Virus record (IMG/VR): IMGVR_UViG_3300017917_003446 | Coordinates: 1 to 64,000 of that record | Reading direction: 5' to 3' (one strand) | DNA length: 64,000 bases | DNA from: a virus | Shown here: positions 7,774 to 18,563 of the stretch, piece by piece | How the letters are laid out: the number at the start of each line of letters is the position of its first letter | How positions within the stretch are numbered: position 1 is the first letter of the stretch | The notes under the pieces: model-generated | Seen by the model: only the letters and a program-made list of their open reading frames with translations | What the model was told of the DNA's origin: nothing | The model's database searches: none | Translations under genes and position numbers: made by a program

Positions 7774-8490
7774 TCAAGCTGATATAGGTAAATCACTACC
7801 GGGAGTATCTTCTAAATTACCAGTAGTGGGATTGAATTGTCGTCTAGCTGTTTTTTCTGGTAAATTCTCTTCCGGTCTTCTTGCAAAGGACCTAGAATTT
7901 TCTGGAGGTATAAAGGGCACAGTGTTTCTTATAGAATTAACAGTTTCATTATCCATTACTGCTGTCCAGTATCTATAAGCAAACATTACAGTTAAACGAT
8001 GAGTTTGATTTTGTGTTGAATTATTCAACGCCATAATATTAATTGATCTAGGAAAGGCATCTTTCAATACGCATCTGTAAGTTACATTATCTGATTCGTC
8101 TAACTGATAGATAGTAATATCTTGTACATAATCACTTTGATAACCAACTAAAAAAGTATCAGGTTCAATGACAGAATAACACCACTCCTCAAAAAATCTT
8201 TTTACGATCATTTCTCTATCAACATGAAATGTCATAGAAATACCTTCTCCACCAAATTCTGCGGAAACTGGTCTCTGAAAGGATGGGCCAAAAATTTTAT
8301 AACCTTTTGTGCTAACTATTAGTGGGGGAAAATTAGTTTCCTCACAAAATAAACTAATTAATCTGCCAAACTGCTTATAAAAATTATTTAAACCGGAAGG
8401 GACAGGTATCTCAACCTCAAATCTATTGGGCCTTGCTAATCCTACTCCGAGAACTTCGTTTCTAAATTCGTTTATATTAAATATTGCCAT
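7774..8490 (-). CDS. Tail-tube-fold protein (gp54-like tube initiator)
   Basis: GLARPNRFEV; ITIYQLD; DAFPRSI; LTVMFAYRYW; TAATG-coupled start at 8490. Confidence 0.75.
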   Translation of the reverse strand: MAIFNINEFRNEVLGVGLARPNRFEVEIPVPSGLNNFYKQFGRLISLFCEETNFPPLIVSTKGYKIFGPSFQRPVSAEFGGEGISMTFHVDREMIVKRFFEEWCYSVIEPDTFLVGYQSDYVQDITIYQLDESDNVTYRCVLKDAFPRSINIMALNNSTQNQTHRLTVMFAYRYWTAVMDNETVNSIRNTVPFIPPENSRSFARRPEENLPEKTARRQFNPTTGNLEDTPGSDLPISA

Positions 8491-9053
8491 TAGTATTTTG
8501 CCTTTGAATCTTCCCAAACTTTAGTCTTGTTGGCTCCCACAAACTTATCAACAGGCAATAGTGCAGCAGTTACCCAATTAGTAACAGGCACTTCAAAAAA
8601 TCTAGATTCAACATGATCTGATAGATAATGTTTAACGCATGCTTTAACTGGAGCTAATCTTGATGATCTAGTAAGTATTCTCCAAGAAATTTGTAATTTT
8701 GTAGTATCATCCATCTTTTCATTATTAAGATATTCTGAAAGATAGCCTAATAATTTAAATCTTGCTAGGTAGGGCAAATAATGAAGGTTTAATCCGAAAA
8801 ACCCATCTGGTACTTTTCTAAAAGGTAATACTAGAGGAAATCTATCGTAGTAGGGTAACGTATTTTTATGTTTAGGATCGTAAAAAAACAAATACATCTT
8901 ACCAGGTAAAACTCTGTTTACTAAAAATTCTCTTTCTCTCATAATGTTTGTTCCGCTCAAAGTCCCAAGTTTTCTTACTTGTGCTTGATACCATTGAACA
9001 GATTTATCGACGTTTTTTGGGTCGACTTCTATATTTGTGAAAGACGTAGCCAT
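8490..9053 (-). CDS. gp2: DNA end protector protein
   Basis: PGKMYLFFYDPKHK.TLPYYDRFPLV; GLNLHYLP; CVKHYL..HV.SRF. Confidence 0.93.
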   Translation of the reverse strand: MATSFTNIEVDPKNVDKSVQWYQAQVRKLGTLSGTNIMREREFLVNRVLPGKMYLFFYDPKHKNTLPYYDRFPLVLPFRKVPDGFFGLNLHYLPYLARFKLLGYLSEYLNNEKMDDTTKLQISWRILTRSSRLAPVKACVKHYLSDHVESRFFEVPVTNWVTAALLPVDKFVGANKTKVWEDSKAKY

Positions 9054-9057
9054 TGTA

Positions 9058-9516
9058 TTATTTATTGTAGGTTTGGATACCTAAATCTTTTTCCGTCAGT
9101 ATCATAAACTTCATTTTACGATCTTCGCAATATTCAAACGCTGCTTTCCATTTGGCTTCGTTCACTCCATATTGAAAAACTTCATCTATAAACTGTTTGG
9201 TTTTTCTTTTAGGAATAGATGGAGGTTTGGTAAATTTTTCAGGTTTAATTTCTATAAGATATTTTTGTATTTTACCTTCTTTATCTGTTACCTTTATAAA
9301 AAAATCTACAAAGTAGCGATGAACTTTTTTATCTAAAGGTGACACATATGGAATAATAACGGTTTCCGACCCCCATTCTAGTATTGATAAATTGCCATCA
9401 CACCATTTCATAAATTTAAGTTCCCAGAGAGATCTATAGATCACATTATTGATCTCTCCCCTATATTTACTGGGATTTAATACTCTATATCGCCCCTTGT
9501 ACGTATTTTTATACAT
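9058..9516 (-). CDS. gp4: Head completion nuclease
   Basis: YRSLWE..FM.WCD; W.SE; HRYFVDF; IEIKP; NEAKWKAA; ILTE. Confidence 0.93.
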   Translation of the reverse strand: MYKNTYKGRYRVLNPSKYRGEINNVIYRSLWELKFMKWCDGNLSILEWGSETVIIPYVSPLDKKVHRYFVDFFIKVTDKEGKIQKYLIEIKPEKFTKPPSIPKRKTKQFIDEVFQYGVNEAKWKAAFEYCEDRKMKFMILTEKDLGIQTYNK

Positions 9517-9542
9517 GATTTTGGAATAAATAATTTATTAAC

Positions 9543-9550
9543 TATTTATA
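9543..9550 (-). promoter_or_regulatory. T4-type late promoter for the leftward gp4 operon
   Basis: TATAAATA on the minus strand; an opposing AATAAATA at 9525-9532 on plus could drive gp48. Confidence 0.75.
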
Positions 9551-9558
9551 GGCAAAAA

Positions 9559-10770
9559 ATGTCAGATTTAGCCACACAAAGATTAGAAGATAGTCCAGTA
9601 TGGAATGTAGATGTATCTGGAGTAAGTAACGAGCAACAATTTTTATCTGATATTGCCAGTACAGTAACTACTTCTTCTAGATCTAAATTTGATATTAATG
9701 TGATAAGATTCCCTGAAACACTTGGTACTGATCCCAGTCTACAACATTACGTTTCTTTTTCAATAAATGTTAGAGGTAAATCTAGTTATTCCTTAGATTC
9801 GGATAGATTATTCTCTATTACTAAAAATAATGCTGCACAACTAACTGCTGATGAATTAGCTAATGCAACAGAGGGATTAGCAAAAGTTGGAGGTGCTGTG
9901 TTAGGTGCCAGTATAGGAAGTATGGCAGCTAAAAAATTGGCAGATGCTGTACCTAGAAGCGGTAGCACAAACACAGCAGGTAAAAAAGCAGGGAGTACTA
10001 CAGTAGATAAAGCAATACAAATAGGTGGAGCAGCAGCAGGAGGTATAGCTGGTGCTAAATTGGGTGAAGCTGCAGCAGAGATAATTAATTCTACAGCGTT
10101 ACTTAAGCCTGACGTATCTTATAGAATATCTGACGTAATAGCGTTACATCTAGAAGAAAAACCTTCAGTAAAATATTCTGCCAATTATTCAAATAAAGAT
10201 TTAGGAACTTTAGCAGGTGTACTTGGACAAACAGGTGGGGGAGATTTAACTAATACTTTGACAAGTGCAGCAAACATGGGTGGCGAATTAGCATCAGCTG
10301 CTATACTTGGATTGGCAAAGTTACCCTCTATGTTCGGCGGAACTGACGTTAAATCTATTATAGGCGCAGGCGCTAAAGTTGCTCTTAATCCTTTCAGAGA
10401 AGTTTTATTTGAAGCAATAGATTTTAGAACATTTAGTTTTAAGTATAGATTGATGCCTAAAAGCGAAAAAGAATCTAAAGATATTTACAATATTATAAGA
10501 TTATTTAAATTTCATATGCATCCTGAATTATCTAAAAATCGTTTATTTTTTATTTACCCTGCAGAATTTCAAATAACTTATTTTTTTAAAAATCAGCAAA
10601 ATGAATACTTTCATCATTTTGCCCCTTGCGTTTTAACTGATCTTCAGGTTGATTATGGTGGGGAACAATTTTCCTCATTTAGAGACGGTGCGCCAACAGA
10701 AGTTAATCTTTCTCTCACTTTTAGAGAAACAGAAATTCTTACCAAAGAAAAAATACTGGATGGATTTTAA
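9559..10770 (+). CDS. gp48: Baseplate tail tube cap
   Basis: NP..E.LF....FRTFSF; F.FHMHPE; YPAEFQI; CVLTDLQVDY; LTFRE.E.LT. Confidence 0.9.
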   Translation: MSDLATQRLEDSPVWNVDVSGVSNEQQFLSDIASTVTTSSRSKFDINVIRFPETLGTDPSLQHYVSFSINVRGKSSYSLDSDRLFSITKNNAAQLTADELANATEGLAKVGGAVLGASIGSMAAKKLADAVPRSGSTNTAGKKAGSTTVDKAIQIGGAAAGGIAGAKLGEAAAEIINSTALLKPDVSYRISDVIALHLEEKPSVKYSANYSNKDLGTLAGVLGQTGGGDLTNTLTSAANMGGELASAAILGLAKLPSMFGGTDVKSIIGAGAKVALNPFREVLFEAIDFRTFSFKYRLMPKSEKESKDIYNIIRLFKFHMHPELSKNRLFFIYPAEFQITYFFKNQQNEYFHHFAPCVLTDLQVDYGGEQFSSFRDGAPTEVNLSLTFRETEILTKEKILDGF

Positions 10771-11264
10771 TGTATTTCGAAAAATTTCCTTACGATGCAT
10801 ATTCATTAGATGATTTATCATCAGTACAACTTATTAAAGATATTTTTAGGCGTGTTACTATTACTGAGGAAGTAAAAAGTAATACGAGTATCTTTGATCA
10901 ATATGATGTTAAAGAAGGTGAAACCCCTGAAAGATTAGCAGATAAGTTTTATGGTGATTCCAACTATCATTGGGTAATTCTGCATGTAAATGAAATAATT
11001 GATCCTAGATTTGATTGGCCTTTGACAACATATCAGTTGGAACAATACGTAGGATCTAAATATGGTGTAGCCAATGTGCAAGCAACTCACCATTGGGAAG
11101 ATGGTAGTGGCAACTGGGTCAATAATACTTATTCATCTGCTACTGCTATATCTAATTATGTCTACGAAGAAGAATTAAATGAGGATAAAAGAAGAATTAA
11201 AATTTTAAAACCTAGATACCTTGCAGCAGTAGAAACAGAATTTGATAATAAGATTAAACAATGA
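10770..11264 (+). CDS. gp53: Baseplate wedge subunit (LysM)
   Basis: YF..FP; GETPE.LA.KFYGD..YHWVIL..N.I.DP..DWP; NEDKRRIKILKP. Confidence 0.93.
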   Translation: MYFEKFPYDAYSLDDLSSVQLIKDIFRRVTITEEVKSNTSIFDQYDVKEGETPERLADKFYGDSNYHWVILHVNEIIDPRFDWPLTTYQLEQYVGSKYGVANVQATHHWEDGSGNWVNNTYSSATAISNYVYEEELNEDKRRIKILKPRYLAAVETEFDNKIKQ

Positions 11265-12613
11265 GTTCACAAGATAGTCTGCAAAAAGCAGGCGAAGTAG
11301 TTATAGAATCTTTAAAATTATTAAGTGTTAATAATACTTTAACTGATCTTGATGAATTTTTAATTGAATTGAATTTGTATGAAGATATGTTCACTAATTT
11401 TATGCGAGGTGAGATTGCATTATCTGATAGTAGAAATTTAATTCAATCATTACCTATTATAGGTGAGGAATATTTATTACTAAGATTCAGAACACCCACT
11501 TTTCCTGCAGCTATAGAAAAAACATTTAGAGTAGTTCAGATAACAGATAGAAAAGTTGTACGAGACAACAATACTCAAACGTTTATACTTCACTTCGTGT
11601 CTCAAGAATTGATAGCAGATGTTTTACTTCCAATATATAAAAGTTTTGAAGGTAGTATAGACGATGTAGCTATAGATATCTTCACAAATTTCTTAATGAT
11701 GAACAGAGAGTATGAAACTAATAGCGATGAATCAATATTAAAAGAAATCGAAATCGTTACTCCATTAAAAGTAATCACTGAAACAGAAAATAAAGTTAAA
11801 TTTGTAAGTCCAGGTTGGTCACCATTTAAATGTATTAATTGGTTAGCATCCAAGGCAATTCCGAAAGAAGGCAAAGCATGTAATTTTTTATTCTTTGAAA
11901 GTAATAAATCATTCTATTTTGGAAGTATAGAATCTATTTTTGATTTTACTAATAAAAATAAAAGTTTTATTGGAACGTACACTATTTCAGCATCTAACAT
12001 TAAAGAAATAGGAAACAACACTTTAAATAGAGAATTTTTTCTGACAGAAAGTGTTGATATGGTATCTACTACAGACCATATAAAAAATTATACTAATGGA
12101 TATCTTGCAAGTAGATTAATAACCTTAGATGTCTTTAATAAGGTATACGAATTAGTGGATTATGATCATACTACAGAGTATTCAAATTATATACACTCAT
12201 CTGGTGAAAATGCTATACCAATTTTTGCCAAAGATAGTTTAAGGAATCCTGCAGCAAGTGTACATTTCTACCCAGTTAATCCTAAATTGTTTAATAATTT
12301 TTCTGGTAATATAAGTGAAAAAATTACACAAATTTACGGTAATAGAAAATCGTCATTGTTGGAATTAACCAACCTCAAATTAAATATAAATGTGCCAGGT
12401 AGAACAGATGTAGAAGTAGGTTCAATGCTCAGATTTAGTTACCCTGAACTGGGTCCACAGGATAATCCGAATACTAAAAATGAGGATTTACAGTATTCAG
12501 GATATTACATTATTACTGCAATTAGACATAAGATCACTAAAACAGATACAATAGAACATAGAATGATTATGGAAATTACTAAAGATTCTTTAGTTGTAGG
12601 TGGGGATACATGA
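11261..12613 (+). CDS. Baseplate hub protein (gp27-like)
   Basis: LPIIGEE; FLFFES; VPGRTD.EVG; YSGYYIITAIRH; between gp53 and gp5. Confidence 0.75.
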   Translation: MSSQDSLQKAGEVVIESLKLLSVNNTLTDLDEFLIELNLYEDMFTNFMRGEIALSDSRNLIQSLPIIGEEYLLLRFRTPTFPAAIEKTFRVVQITDRKVVRDNNTQTFILHFVSQELIADVLLPIYKSFEGSIDDVAIDIFTNFLMMNREYETNSDESILKEIEIVTPLKVITETENKVKFVSPGWSPFKCINWLASKAIPKEGKACNFLFFESNKSFYFGSIESIFDFTNKNKSFIGTYTISASNIKEIGNNTLNREFFLTESVDMVSTTDHIKNYTNGYLASRLITLDVFNKVYELVDYDHTTEYSNYIHSSGENAIPIFAKDSLRNPAASVHFYPVNPKLFNNFSGNISEKITQIYGNRKSSLLELTNLKLNINVPGRTDVEVGSMLRFSYPELGPQDNPNTKNEDLQYSGYYIITAIRHKITKTDTIEHRMIMEITKDSLVVGGDT

Positions 12614-13689
12614 ATATTTTTAATAAAGATGGATTTATATGGTGGATAGGTGTTGTTGAGGATCGTATGGATCCTGAAAAATCTGGGAGAGTTCGTGTTA
12701 GAATATATGGATATCATACTGACGATAAAACGTATTTACCTACGAACGATTTACCTTGGGCAGTACCTATTACACCTATAACTTCTGCATCTATATCAGG
12801 TGTTGGTACTACTCCATTAGGTCCGGTTGAAGGTACATGGGTTATAGGATTTTTCTTAGATGGTGCTGATATGCAGCAGCCTGCGATTTTTGGGACTATT
12901 GCCACAAAAGCTGCTCCTAAAGTATTTGCTGCACTAGAAACTAAACCTGCTACAGCAAACACAAACGACGGCATTTTGAGAACGGAAGATGGTAAAGCTG
13001 TAGTTGATAGTCAAGGACAACCTATAAGATCAGGTGTGCCAGCAGTAGAAGGGTGGGAATTAGGACAAACGTCAGAAAAATACGAAACGGGCGGAAAAGG
13101 ACCTGGAACTATAAACAATTATGCTAATAGTGGAGATTTCGGTGGCGCTTCATACGGATCATATCAATTTGCATCATATTTGCCATCCGTTATGCCTGAT
13201 GGAAAATCCAGACCTAATGCGACAAAATCACCATTAAAAGATTACTTAGCTGCGTCTAAATTTAGTAGTAAATTTAGTGGATTAGAACCTGCAACCGCAG
13301 CATTTGATAATATGTGGAAATCATTAGCATCATCAAATCCAAAAGAGTTTAAGCAAGATCAACATGACTTTGTACAAGCAAAATACTATGATGTTATGAT
13401 TGCTAGTTTGAAACGCAAAGGTTTAGATTTAAGTGGATTTGGCCCAGGTGTAAATGATCTAGTTTGGTCTACTGCAGTGCAACTAGGACCAAATAGAACA
13501 AGCGTTTTTACTGATCCATTACAAGGTAAAGCAGAACTTACAGATAGAGATATAGTTGAATTGGTATCTAACTATAAAATAAAAAATGTAAATACATACT
13601 TTAAATCTAGCTCTTCAAATATACAAGCAAGCGTAAAAACGAGATGGGAAAATGAAAAAACAGATTTACTTAAACTTATAACAGCATGA
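12610..13689 (+). CDS. gp5: gp5 N-terminal part: OB-fold plus lysozyme-like (VgrG3 C-terminal-like) muramidase
   Basis: WWIGVVEDRMDP...GRVRVRI.G.H...LPWA...VIGFFLDG..MQQP; second domain LG.TS.KYETGG.GPGTI...D.GG.SYGSYQ. Confidence 0.85.
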   Translation: MNIFNKDGFIWWIGVVEDRMDPEKSGRVRVRIYGYHTDDKTYLPTNDLPWAVPITPITSASISGVGTTPLGPVEGTWVIGFFLDGADMQQPAIFGTIATKAAPKVFAALETKPATANTNDGILRTEDGKAVVDSQGQPIRSGVPAVEGWELGQTSEKYETGGKGPGTINNYANSGDFGGASYGSYQFASYLPSVMPDGKSRPNATKSPLKDYLAASKFSSKFSGLEPATAAFDNMWKSLASSNPKEFKQDQHDFVQAKYYDVMIASLKRKGLDLSGFGPGVNDLVWSTAVQLGPNRTSVFTDPLQGKAELTDRDIVELVSNYKIKNVNTYFKSSSSNIQASVKTRWENEKTDLLKLITA

Positions 13690-16031
13690 GTGATTCTATT
13701 ACAAGAACAATTACTGCTAGATTAACTAGCTCTTTAGATAGTGCTTTTCTAAGTCAGAATAATCTTCCTATATCTAAATCCTTGTTAACAACAGTAATAC
13801 CTAGTATATCTAGTAGCGTAGCTAAAGATACTACTAAAATAGTTAATAAAGAAGCAAATTTTCAATTAAACGAGATACCGAAAAATGCTATTGGACAACA
13901 TAATCCAGTAAACATTGTTTCCAGTAATTTAACTACTAATTCCTTAAATGATACTTTAAGAAATAATTTAGGTAGTCAAGTTAATTCTGAAGTTACTAAT
14001 AGTGTTGTACAAAAGGTTGATGATATACTTAGATTAAATTTGCCTGGAGGATCTAATAATCCTACCCTAATAAATCTAAAAACTAGTATTCTAAATGCTG
14101 TTCAAAACGATGTAAATAAAATAATAAACTTGGCATTATCAAGTTTTACATCTGGGGTTTTTAATACTGGGAAAACTATACCTCCAATAGTTCCACAAAT
14201 AGATTCTTTGTTCACGTCGTCTGACCCTGAGATTGGGCTTCAGAAGTATAATGATCAATATAACTCCTCATTGGTTGCGAAATCTTTTGCTGAAGCTAGA
14301 CAATTCAATGTTTTAAACGAAGAAAATTTAAATAAATTACAAGTAACAAAAACTGGATTCGTAGATCCCACAGCATCTTTTCCCACTGAGGAATATAAAA
14401 ATAGGCCTGATACTAATAAATTAGCTACAGGTGATTTAAATGGTACAATAGTACAAAAGAAAAATGAAGAAAGAATGGTTGGGGCAAAATTACCCGGTGA
14501 TTCTTCCTGGTCTCAACCCGAATCACCGTACAAAGGTGAATATCCATATAACAAAGTGACCCAAACAGAACAAGGTCATATAATTGAAATTGATGATACA
14601 CCGGGCGCGGAAAGATTACACATATATCATAAATCGGGGACCTTTGTAGAAATAGATTCTAATGGGTCATTAGTAAAAAGAACTAAAGGTTCAGATTATG
14701 AAATAATAGATAGAAATGGATATGTTTCTATAGCAGGTAAGGCAGATATTTCTATTAATGGTGCATGTAACATTTTTGTAGGAAATGATGCAAATATAGA
14801 AGTGGAAGGGGACACTAATTTAACTTGTCATAATGACATCACAGCTCAAGCAGGCGGTGCTTTTAGATTATCTGCAGTTGAATCTTTTAGTATCAGAAGT
14901 GCAAATGTTTATATAGAAGCCGATGATGAATTAAATCTTTTATCAAGTAATATTACAAAAATTTCTTCATCTGTTATTCATAGTAACGCAACAACTAATA
15001 TGTTTGTTACCTCTAAAGATTATTATGGAAAAGCAGAAAATGACTACTTTTTAGAAGTGACACGAGATTCACACCACAAGGTAGCTGGTGATTATTACGT
15101 TACTTCTGATAATTTTTATGGTAAACAATCTACCTCACTTTATATGGAATCTGGTGATGACCAACACTATAAAGTAACAGGTAATTTTAATGTGGATGTT
15201 GATGGCATAGTAGATTTAGTAAATGGAACAGCTGCTTCTTCAGACACTGCATCAGGCTCAGCTAAGGCTACCAAAGCGTTAAATTCATTTGCTGGATTGT
15301 TAACTGGAAGAAAAGATATAAATTATATAGATTTATCCGATCCCTTATTTTTAACTGTTGCTGATAGATATGTTTTATCCGCGGAGGAGCAAGGAGCTTC
15401 AGAATCAGAAATAAATGCTACTAAAAATAAGGCAATTAAGGACGGTATAGTACCTAAAGAAAATTTTCTTTCCGTTCCTGTTTCTTTAGAATCAGACAAT
15501 CCAACTACAAATAACACCCAGTATGTGGATCCGGGGAACGAACTTAAAAGCATCACTGAAGCTCCAGATAATTTTAAATTATCCCCTAATTTTACTTTAG
15601 GAATGCTTTCAAGTAAAGCAGCAGTTACTAAAAATAAATTAGTGGCCCAAGCAGGAAAATCATATGGTGATTTGCTATTTAATCTAAGCGCAGTTGCCTT
15701 AAATATATGTGAACCGGTACTTAGACTTTATCCTAATATGTATGTAACTTCTGCCTTTAGATTATCCGCAGGATCATCTTCTACATCCCAACATCCTTTA
15801 GGGCAAGCTGTTGATATACAATTTAAAGGCGTAAGTAAAAAAGAATATTTTGAAATAGCTAAGGTGCTAGCTACCAAATTAAATTATGATCAATTACTTT
15901 TAGAATATGCATCTACAACCAATAATCCATGGATTCATATTTCTATTGATCCAGCTAAAAGAAATAGAACACAAGTTTCAACATTTAATGATCATAGTAA
16001 ATTTTCTGATGGTCTGAGCCGATTGGCTTAA
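13686..16031 (+). CDS. gp5 C-terminal part: beta-helix spike plus M15-type Zn peptidase
   Basis: YPYNKV..TE.GH..EIDDTPGAERLH.YH.SGT..EI; beta-helix repeats; TSAFR...SQH..GQAVD...WIHIS. Confidence 0.85.
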   Translation: MSDSITRTITARLTSSLDSAFLSQNNLPISKSLLTTVIPSISSSVAKDTTKIVNKEANFQLNEIPKNAIGQHNPVNIVSSNLTTNSLNDTLRNNLGSQVNSEVTNSVVQKVDDILRLNLPGGSNNPTLINLKTSILNAVQNDVNKIINLALSSFTSGVFNTGKTIPPIVPQIDSLFTSSDPEIGLQKYNDQYNSSLVAKSFAEARQFNVLNEENLNKLQVTKTGFVDPTASFPTEEYKNRPDTNKLATGDLNGTIVQKKNEERMVGAKLPGDSSWSQPESPYKGEYPYNKVTQTEQGHIIEIDDTPGAERLHIYHKSGTFVEIDSNGSLVKRTKGSDYEIIDRNGYVSIAGKADISINGACNIFVGNDANIEVEGDTNLTCHNDITAQAGGAFRLSAVESFSIRSANVYIEADDELNLLSSNITKISSSVIHSNATTNMFVTSKDYYGKAENDYFLEVTRDSHHKVAGDYYVTSDNFYGKQSTSLYMESGDDQHYKVTGNFNVDVDGIVDLVNGTAASSDTASGSAKATKALNSFAGLLTGRKDINYIDLSDPLFLTVADRYVLSAEEQGASESEINATKNKAIKDGIVPKENFLSVPVSLESDNPTTNNTQYVDPGNELKSITEAPDNFKLSPNFTLGMLSSKAAVTKNKLVAQAGKSYGDLLFNLSAVALNICEPVLRLYPNMYVTSAFRLSAGSSSTSQHPLGQAVDIQFKGVSKKEYFEIAKVLATKLNYDQLLLEYASTTNNPWIHISIDPAKRNRTQVSTFNDHSKFSDGLSRLA

Positions 16032-16033
16032 CC

Positions 16034-16041
16034 GATAAATA
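16034..16041 (+). promoter_or_regulatory. Late promoter variant
   Basis: GATAAATA upstream of the PAAR gene. Confidence 0.55.
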
Positions 16042-16046
16042 TTAAA

Positions 16047-16310
16047 ATGCCTGGAATTACTAGAGTAGGAATAGATACCGCCGGAGGGTTAATATTAGGC
16101 GGAGGACAAACTAAATTGAAATTGCAAGGATACTTAGTAGCAGTGATAGGAGATGCTGTTCAAAGTCATGGTAGTGGTTCACATGGTGCTGCTATAATGT
16201 TAACAGGATCAAGTAAAGTTTTTGCTAATGGTATAGGAATTTGTAGGGCAGGTGATACTGCTACCTGTGGTCATGCAGCTACGGGATCAACTAAAGCTTT
16301 TGCTGGATAA
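16047..16310 (+). CDS. PAAR spike-tip protein (gp5.4-like)
   Basis: R.G.D; GSSKVFANG..ICRAGD...CGH...GS..F.G. Confidence 0.9.
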   Translation: MPGITRVGIDTAGGLILGGGQTKLKLQGYLVAVIGDAVQSHGSGSHGAAIMLTGSSKVFANGIGICRAGDTATCGHAATGSTKAFAG

Positions 16311-16311
16311 A

Positions 16312-16713
16312 ATGGCAACAATACAACGTAACGTTAGAAGTTTTACAGATTTTAGTTTGATTTTTAATGCTCATCCGTCAACTTCAGATGTTGTGAAGAA
16401 ATCTGATGAAGATGCCGTCAAGCAATCATTAAAAAATTTAATACTAACTAAACATTATGAAAGACCCTTTCATCCTGAGTTAGGTTGCCAAATTCATAGT
16501 TTATTATTTGAGAATTGGGATCCTATTATAGAAAGAACAATGCAACAAACTATAGCAGACCTTGTAAATAAATTTGAACCCAGAGTAAGATTAATACAAG
16601 TTAAAATTGATCCTAAACCTGATGAAAACGGTATCAATATCACTATAGAATACCAATTAGTAAATACAGATAGACCAGCAAGATTTACAACCGCTTTAAC
16701 TAGAGCACGATAA
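16312..16713 (+). CDS. gp25: Baseplate wedge subunit
   Basis: AVKQSLKNLILT..YERPFHP.LG; FEPRV; ATG at 16312. Confidence 0.93.
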   Translation: MATIQRNVRSFTDFSLIFNAHPSTSDVVKKSDEDAVKQSLKNLILTKHYERPFHPELGCQIHSLLFENWDPIIERTMQQTIADLVNKFEPRVRLIQVKIDPKPDENGINITIEYQLVNTDRPARFTTALTRAR

Positions 16714-18563
16714 TGGCAAATCTTAGAATAGCAGAACTTGATTTTGATACTATCAAGACTAATCTTAAAACATTTATGAAAGCTCAAACTGAGTTTTCAG
16801 ATTACGATTTTGAGGGGTCGGGATTATCGACATTAATAGATCTGCTTGCTTACAACACTCACTATAATGCGTATCTAGCTAATATGCTAGTTAATGAGAT
16901 GTTTATGGATAGTGCGGTTAAAAGAACATCTGCAGTTTCAATTGCTAAACATTTGGGATACACACCAAGATCAGTAAGAGGAGCAGTTGCTTCAATAAAT
17001 GTGTCTGTAAATAGTCCCACTGGATCTCCTTCAACATTAACAATGGCGAGATATACACCATTTTCTACAACTATTAATGGCACAGCTTTAACTTTTGTTA
17101 ATTTAAATCCTATAACTATTTCGCCCAGCGGTGGAGCATATACTTTTAGTGAGCTAGAACTTAAAGAAGGTCAAAATTTTGAATATAAGTATACCGTTGC
17201 AAATCCTGGACCATCTGAAAAATTTGAAATACCTGCTGAAAATATAGATACCACTACATTAAGAGTAATAGTACAAAATTCGTCTTCTGATTCTACGCAA
17301 ACTGTTTATTCATTATATAGCGATCTCTCGATAATAGAATCAGATTCTTTAGTGTATTATCTTGAAGAAAATAACAACGGTAGATATCAAGTATTTTTTG
17401 GTGATAATGTTCTAGGTAAAAAATTAACAGCAGGTAATATAGTTATACTACAATATTTAGTATCCTCCGGTACAGACAGCAATGTTTCTAATTTAATAGA
17501 TCAATCATTTACTTTGACAGGTACTATTGAGGGTAATAATAATGTTACTATAACTGTTAATGATAATTCTACAGGTGGTGCAGAAAAAGAAACTCTTACA
17601 GAAATAAAGTTTAATTCTGTAAGACAATTCACTACTCAAAATAGAGCAGTAACTGCTGAAGATTATAAATCAATTATTTTAACAAATTATCCTTTAGCTG
17701 AATCAATAGCAGTATGGGGCGGGGAGGATAATAATCCTCCTATATACGGAAAATTATTAATTTCCATGAAACCATATGAAGGATATGTAATTAGTAACAC
17801 CACTAAAGAAAGTATTAAAAATGATGTACTGGCATCTAAAAAGGCTATGGGTATTCAAATAGAATTTGTAGATCCAGAATATTTCTATGTAAATTTAGTT
17901 GCCACTGTAAAATATAATAGTAGAAATACTACATTATCCAAAGCACAAATTGAAGGTTTAGCTACTACAGCAATACAAAATTATTTCAATAATAATTTGG
18001 AAAAATTTGATGCAGATTTTTATTATTCCAAGTTGACTTCTGCTATGGATGTTGCTAGTTCCGCTATTGTAGGCTCTTTATTGTCGGTTTCCCTTCAGAA
18101 AAGAATAGAACCAACTTTGAATGTAAGTAATTCATTTACTGGTACATCTGGTATTAGATTTAATAATTTTTTACACCCATATGGTTTAAGTTCTACTCGT
18201 TTTAACATTGTCTCAGCTGGCGTAACCACACCTGTAATTATTAAAGACTCTCCCAACGATTCTCCCATAAATTATAATGGTACAGGTACTCTGCGACTTA
18301 TAAATCCAATAACTAATCAAGTAGTTTCTACTAATATAGGTTCAGTAAATTATGCTACGGGTTTGGTAACTATTGATTCTCTTGTTCCTGTAGGCTATCC
18401 CTCAGGACAAACTGATCTTAGAATTACCGCGGAATTGCAGGAAGCATCATATGACATATCAGTATCCAGAGAACAGATAATTGTTTTAGATGATAGTACT
18501 TTGGATGCATTAGCTAATAGATTAGCAGGATTAACTGTAAATGCTGTAGATGTAGCACTATAA
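16713..18563 (+). CDS. gp6: Baseplate wedge subunit
   Basis: LDFD.IK.NLK; DYDFEGS.LS.L.DLLAYNTHYNA; QNRAVT..DY; WGGED. Confidence 0.95.
   Translation: MANLRIAELDFDTIKTNLKTFMKAQTEFSDYDFEGSGLSTLIDLLAYNTHYNAYLANMLVNEMFMDSAVKRTSAVSIAKHLGYTPRSVRGAVASINVSVNSPTGSPSTLTMARYTPFSTTINGTALTFVNLNPITISPSGGAYTFSELELKEGQNFEYKYTVANPGPSEKFEIPAENIDTTTLRVIVQNSSSDSTQTVYSLYSDLSIIESDSLVYYLEENNNGRYQVFFGDNVLGKKLTAGNIVILQYLVSSGTDSNVSNLIDQSFTLTGTIEGNNNVTITVNDNSTGGAEKETLTEIKFNSVRQFTTQNRAVTAEDYKSIILTNYPLAESIAVWGGEDNNPPIYGKLLISMKPYEGYVISNTTKESIKNDVLASKKAMGIQIEFVDPEYFYVNLVATVKYNSRNTTLSKAQIEGLATTAIQNYFNNNLEKFDADFYYSKLTSAMDVASSAIVGSLLSVSLQKRIEPTLNVSNSFTGTSGIRFNNFLHPYGLSSTRFNIVSAGVTTPVIIKDSPNDSPINYNGTGTLRLINPITNQVVSTNIGSVNYATGLVTIDSLVPVGYPSGQTDLRITAELQEASYDISVSREQIIVLDDSTLDALANRLAGLTVNAVDVAL

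Noticed and set aside
9058-9516. TnsA-like nuclease as a transposon or homing endonuclease
   Set aside because: Motifs and position next to gp2 identify it as core gp4; no element ends are visible
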